A DNA stretch of 64,000 nucleotides from Syncephalis fuscata S228 (taxonomy: Eukaryota; Fungi; Zoopagomycota), in the NCBI GenBank assembly GCA_025786725.1, contig JAHLTZ010000043.1, positions 62,001 to 126,000 of the forward strand, in the 5' to 3' direction. Shown piece by piece: positions 61,900-64,000 of this stretch (positions are counted from its first letter, which is position 1; the number at the start of each line of letters is the position of its first letter). The notes beneath the pieces were generated by a model. The model was not told the DNA's origin and did no database searches. It saw only the letters and a list, made by a program, of their open reading frames with translations. A program made the position numbers and the translations under genes.

Positions 61900-64000
61900 A
61901 TGGCGTCTTTGTCGTCAGTCAATATTAGTATTGGCATACTTGGTCATGTAGACAGTGGCAAGACTACACTGGGTAGGACGTTATAGTAATAGCTAGTACG
62001 ACTGTTGAAGTTAACGTGTAATAACAAGAATAGCCAAACAGTTAAGTAGTATTGCTTCAACGGCGGCATTCGACAAGAACCCACAAAGCCAAGCCCGAGG
62101 AATTACACTCGACTTGGGCTTCTCTGGCTATTATACACCAGCACCTAGTCATTGGAGAGGTGAATAGTTAATGAATATGGCTATTATGTTGAAAGGCTAT
62201 TTAACAACGACCATAGAACGTGGTATCGATGTGGACCAAATACTTGTAACCTTAGTTGACTGTCCAGGTCATGCATCACTTGTACGCACAGTCATTGGCG
62301 GTAACTATTAATATATAAACATAAACATAATAACCATAATGAATAAGTGTATTTTAGGGATACAAATTATTGATGTAACACTTTTAGTTATAGATATTAC
62401 TAAAGGAATTCAAACACAAACCGCTGAAGTAAAAAAATATTATTATTTGTATTTAATATATAATAATAATACGATTATTAGTGTTTAGTGTTAGCACAGA
62501 TTATTAAACGGCCTATGGTAATTGCATTAAACAAAATTGATTTATTACCTGAAAGTATTCGATCTGCGAAAATAACCAAAGTAATGAATAATTTACTTAA
62601 TAAAATAAATATTAATTAATTTTATAATATAGATATCACAAGCTATAACAAAGGCTATTCTTCCATTGGGATTTCGTAATATTCCAATTATTCCAATATC
62701 AGCTCAAACTACCTCTAATACTAGTGCTACTGCTACTGCTAATAGTGACGGTAATACAGCTACAAGTGGTATTGATGAACTTGTACACGTACTGTGCTCA
62801 GTATTTCCAATACCAGCACCAATTGATCCACACCGTCCATTTCTATTTGCCGTTGATCATTGTTTTGCACTAAAGGGAAAAGGGACTATTATGACGGGTA
62901 CAGTATTGGATGGTACAGTAACTATTGGTGATGTGAGTATTTAACCGGAATAGCTAGTTAGACTGTAATATAATAAATGTAATAGAATGTGGAAATTGCC
63001 TTGGGTCACGAGAGAAAGGTCAAAAGTATGCAACAATTTAGACAGCCCATTTCTACAGCCCATAAAGTAATTACTCTGTTAATTAGTAAATCGATAGATA
63101 GGTGATCATAGACTAATATGTAGTATAGGGCAACCGTATTGGTATTTGTGTTAAGCAACTTGATCCTGATATATTAGAGCGAGGATTAGTTGCCACACCT
63201 GGTACAGTGCAACTTGCCTATGCAGCCATCATCGATGCTTATAGAATTCAGTTCTATAAAGGATTCTGTCTATCTCGTAGTAAATTTCATGGTAAATACA
63301 AGTATATATATATATGGAAATCTAATAGCTGTAATAGTTACTGTAGGATATGAAACTGCCACTGCCACTGTTACGTTCTTCTCTAGTAAAAGTCATAATG
63401 GTAATTAGAATGTAGTAATTGAGCATTTTTATAATCTAACTGTTTATTAGGTGAATTTCAATTAAATGAGCTCTATTTATTTGAATCATCGCTTGAACCA
63501 TCCGATAATGAAGAACAAGTAACAACAAGCAATTACTGGGCCTTACTAGAGTTTGATAAGCCAATTCAGTGTGTATCCAATGCACTGACTATTGTATCTC
63601 GACTTGATACAGATATTCGTATCCTTTAACCAGTACTAGTACAAATACCATCAATAATAACATTCTTAATAATGTAGATACTAAACAATGCCGTATGGTA
63701 TTACACGGTTATTTGCAGTTAATTATCAAAGATGCACAATATAAAACAACTGTTTTACCTCAACTACGTATTTATAAAGAACGTACACGCACAGCAATCA
63801 TTGATCGGGTAATTATTTAGCAATATGTATAACTGGCACTATATTCACTGTTACTACTATCAGATTATTGATGATTATACATTAATTGGACGGGGTCTTG
63901 TGAAGAAAGAAGGTAGTTTAGATAAATTTATTGGATTAATCGTAAAACTGGGTCGATTAGGTAAATAACCATCAACTAACTTTTATTACTAATAATTGAT
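61900..64000 (+). CDS. EEFSEC: Selenocysteine-specific elongation factor (eEFSec), multi-exon, 3' end beyond the window
   Basis: NISIGILGHVDSGKTTL|AKQLSSIASTAAFDKNPQSQARGITLDLGFS; LVDCPGHASLVRTVIG|GIQIID..VIDITKGIQTQTAE|CLVL; ALNKIDLL; FAVDHCFALKGKGTIMTGTV; KVKSMQQF..RIGICVKQLDPDILERGLV; SRLDTDI..CR. These are eEFSec signature segments rather than EF-Tu or eEF1A. Confidence 0.92.

Noticed and set aside
1-64000. tRNA (including tRNA-Sec) or rRNA genes
   Set aside because: No cloverleaf or rRNA-like segment recognised by eye; tRNAscan-SE or Secmarker would be needed to exclude them.

Overview
AT-rich eukaryotic (fungal) genomic DNA with many short GT-AG introns. Gene content (three intronless M36 fungalysins, secreted kinase-like proteins, an F-box relic, GPI-anchored Cys-rich proteins) suggests an early-diverging, probably zoopagalean mycoparasite such as Syncephalis; the taxon is inferred. 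Housekeeping genes: Jjj1/DNAJC21, gamma-COP, MED13, PDX2, PSF2, eIF5B, a PWI/SRRM1-like protein, neutral ceramidase and NDUFB7. Highlights: (1) a micro-exon gene at ~21.8-23.4 kb (minus strand) that the ORF track cannot show: a signal-peptide exon followed by about 12 tandem 70-81-nt introns separated mostly by 3-nt exons, which splice into an open pre-pro-peptide with KR sites; (2) a clear selenocysteine-specific elongation factor (eEFSec) at the right edge, rare in fungi; (3) a degenerate Fanzor/TnpB RNA-guided nuclease remnant; (4) an inverted pair of fungalysins showing mosaic gene conversion and a His-to-Tyr change at a conserved active-site position; (5) a five-member cluster of Cys-rich, probably GPI-anchored proteins. 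Several genes carry single-base deletions, mostly in homopolymers, which look like assembly errors. Exon boundaries were read by eye and are approximate where stated.
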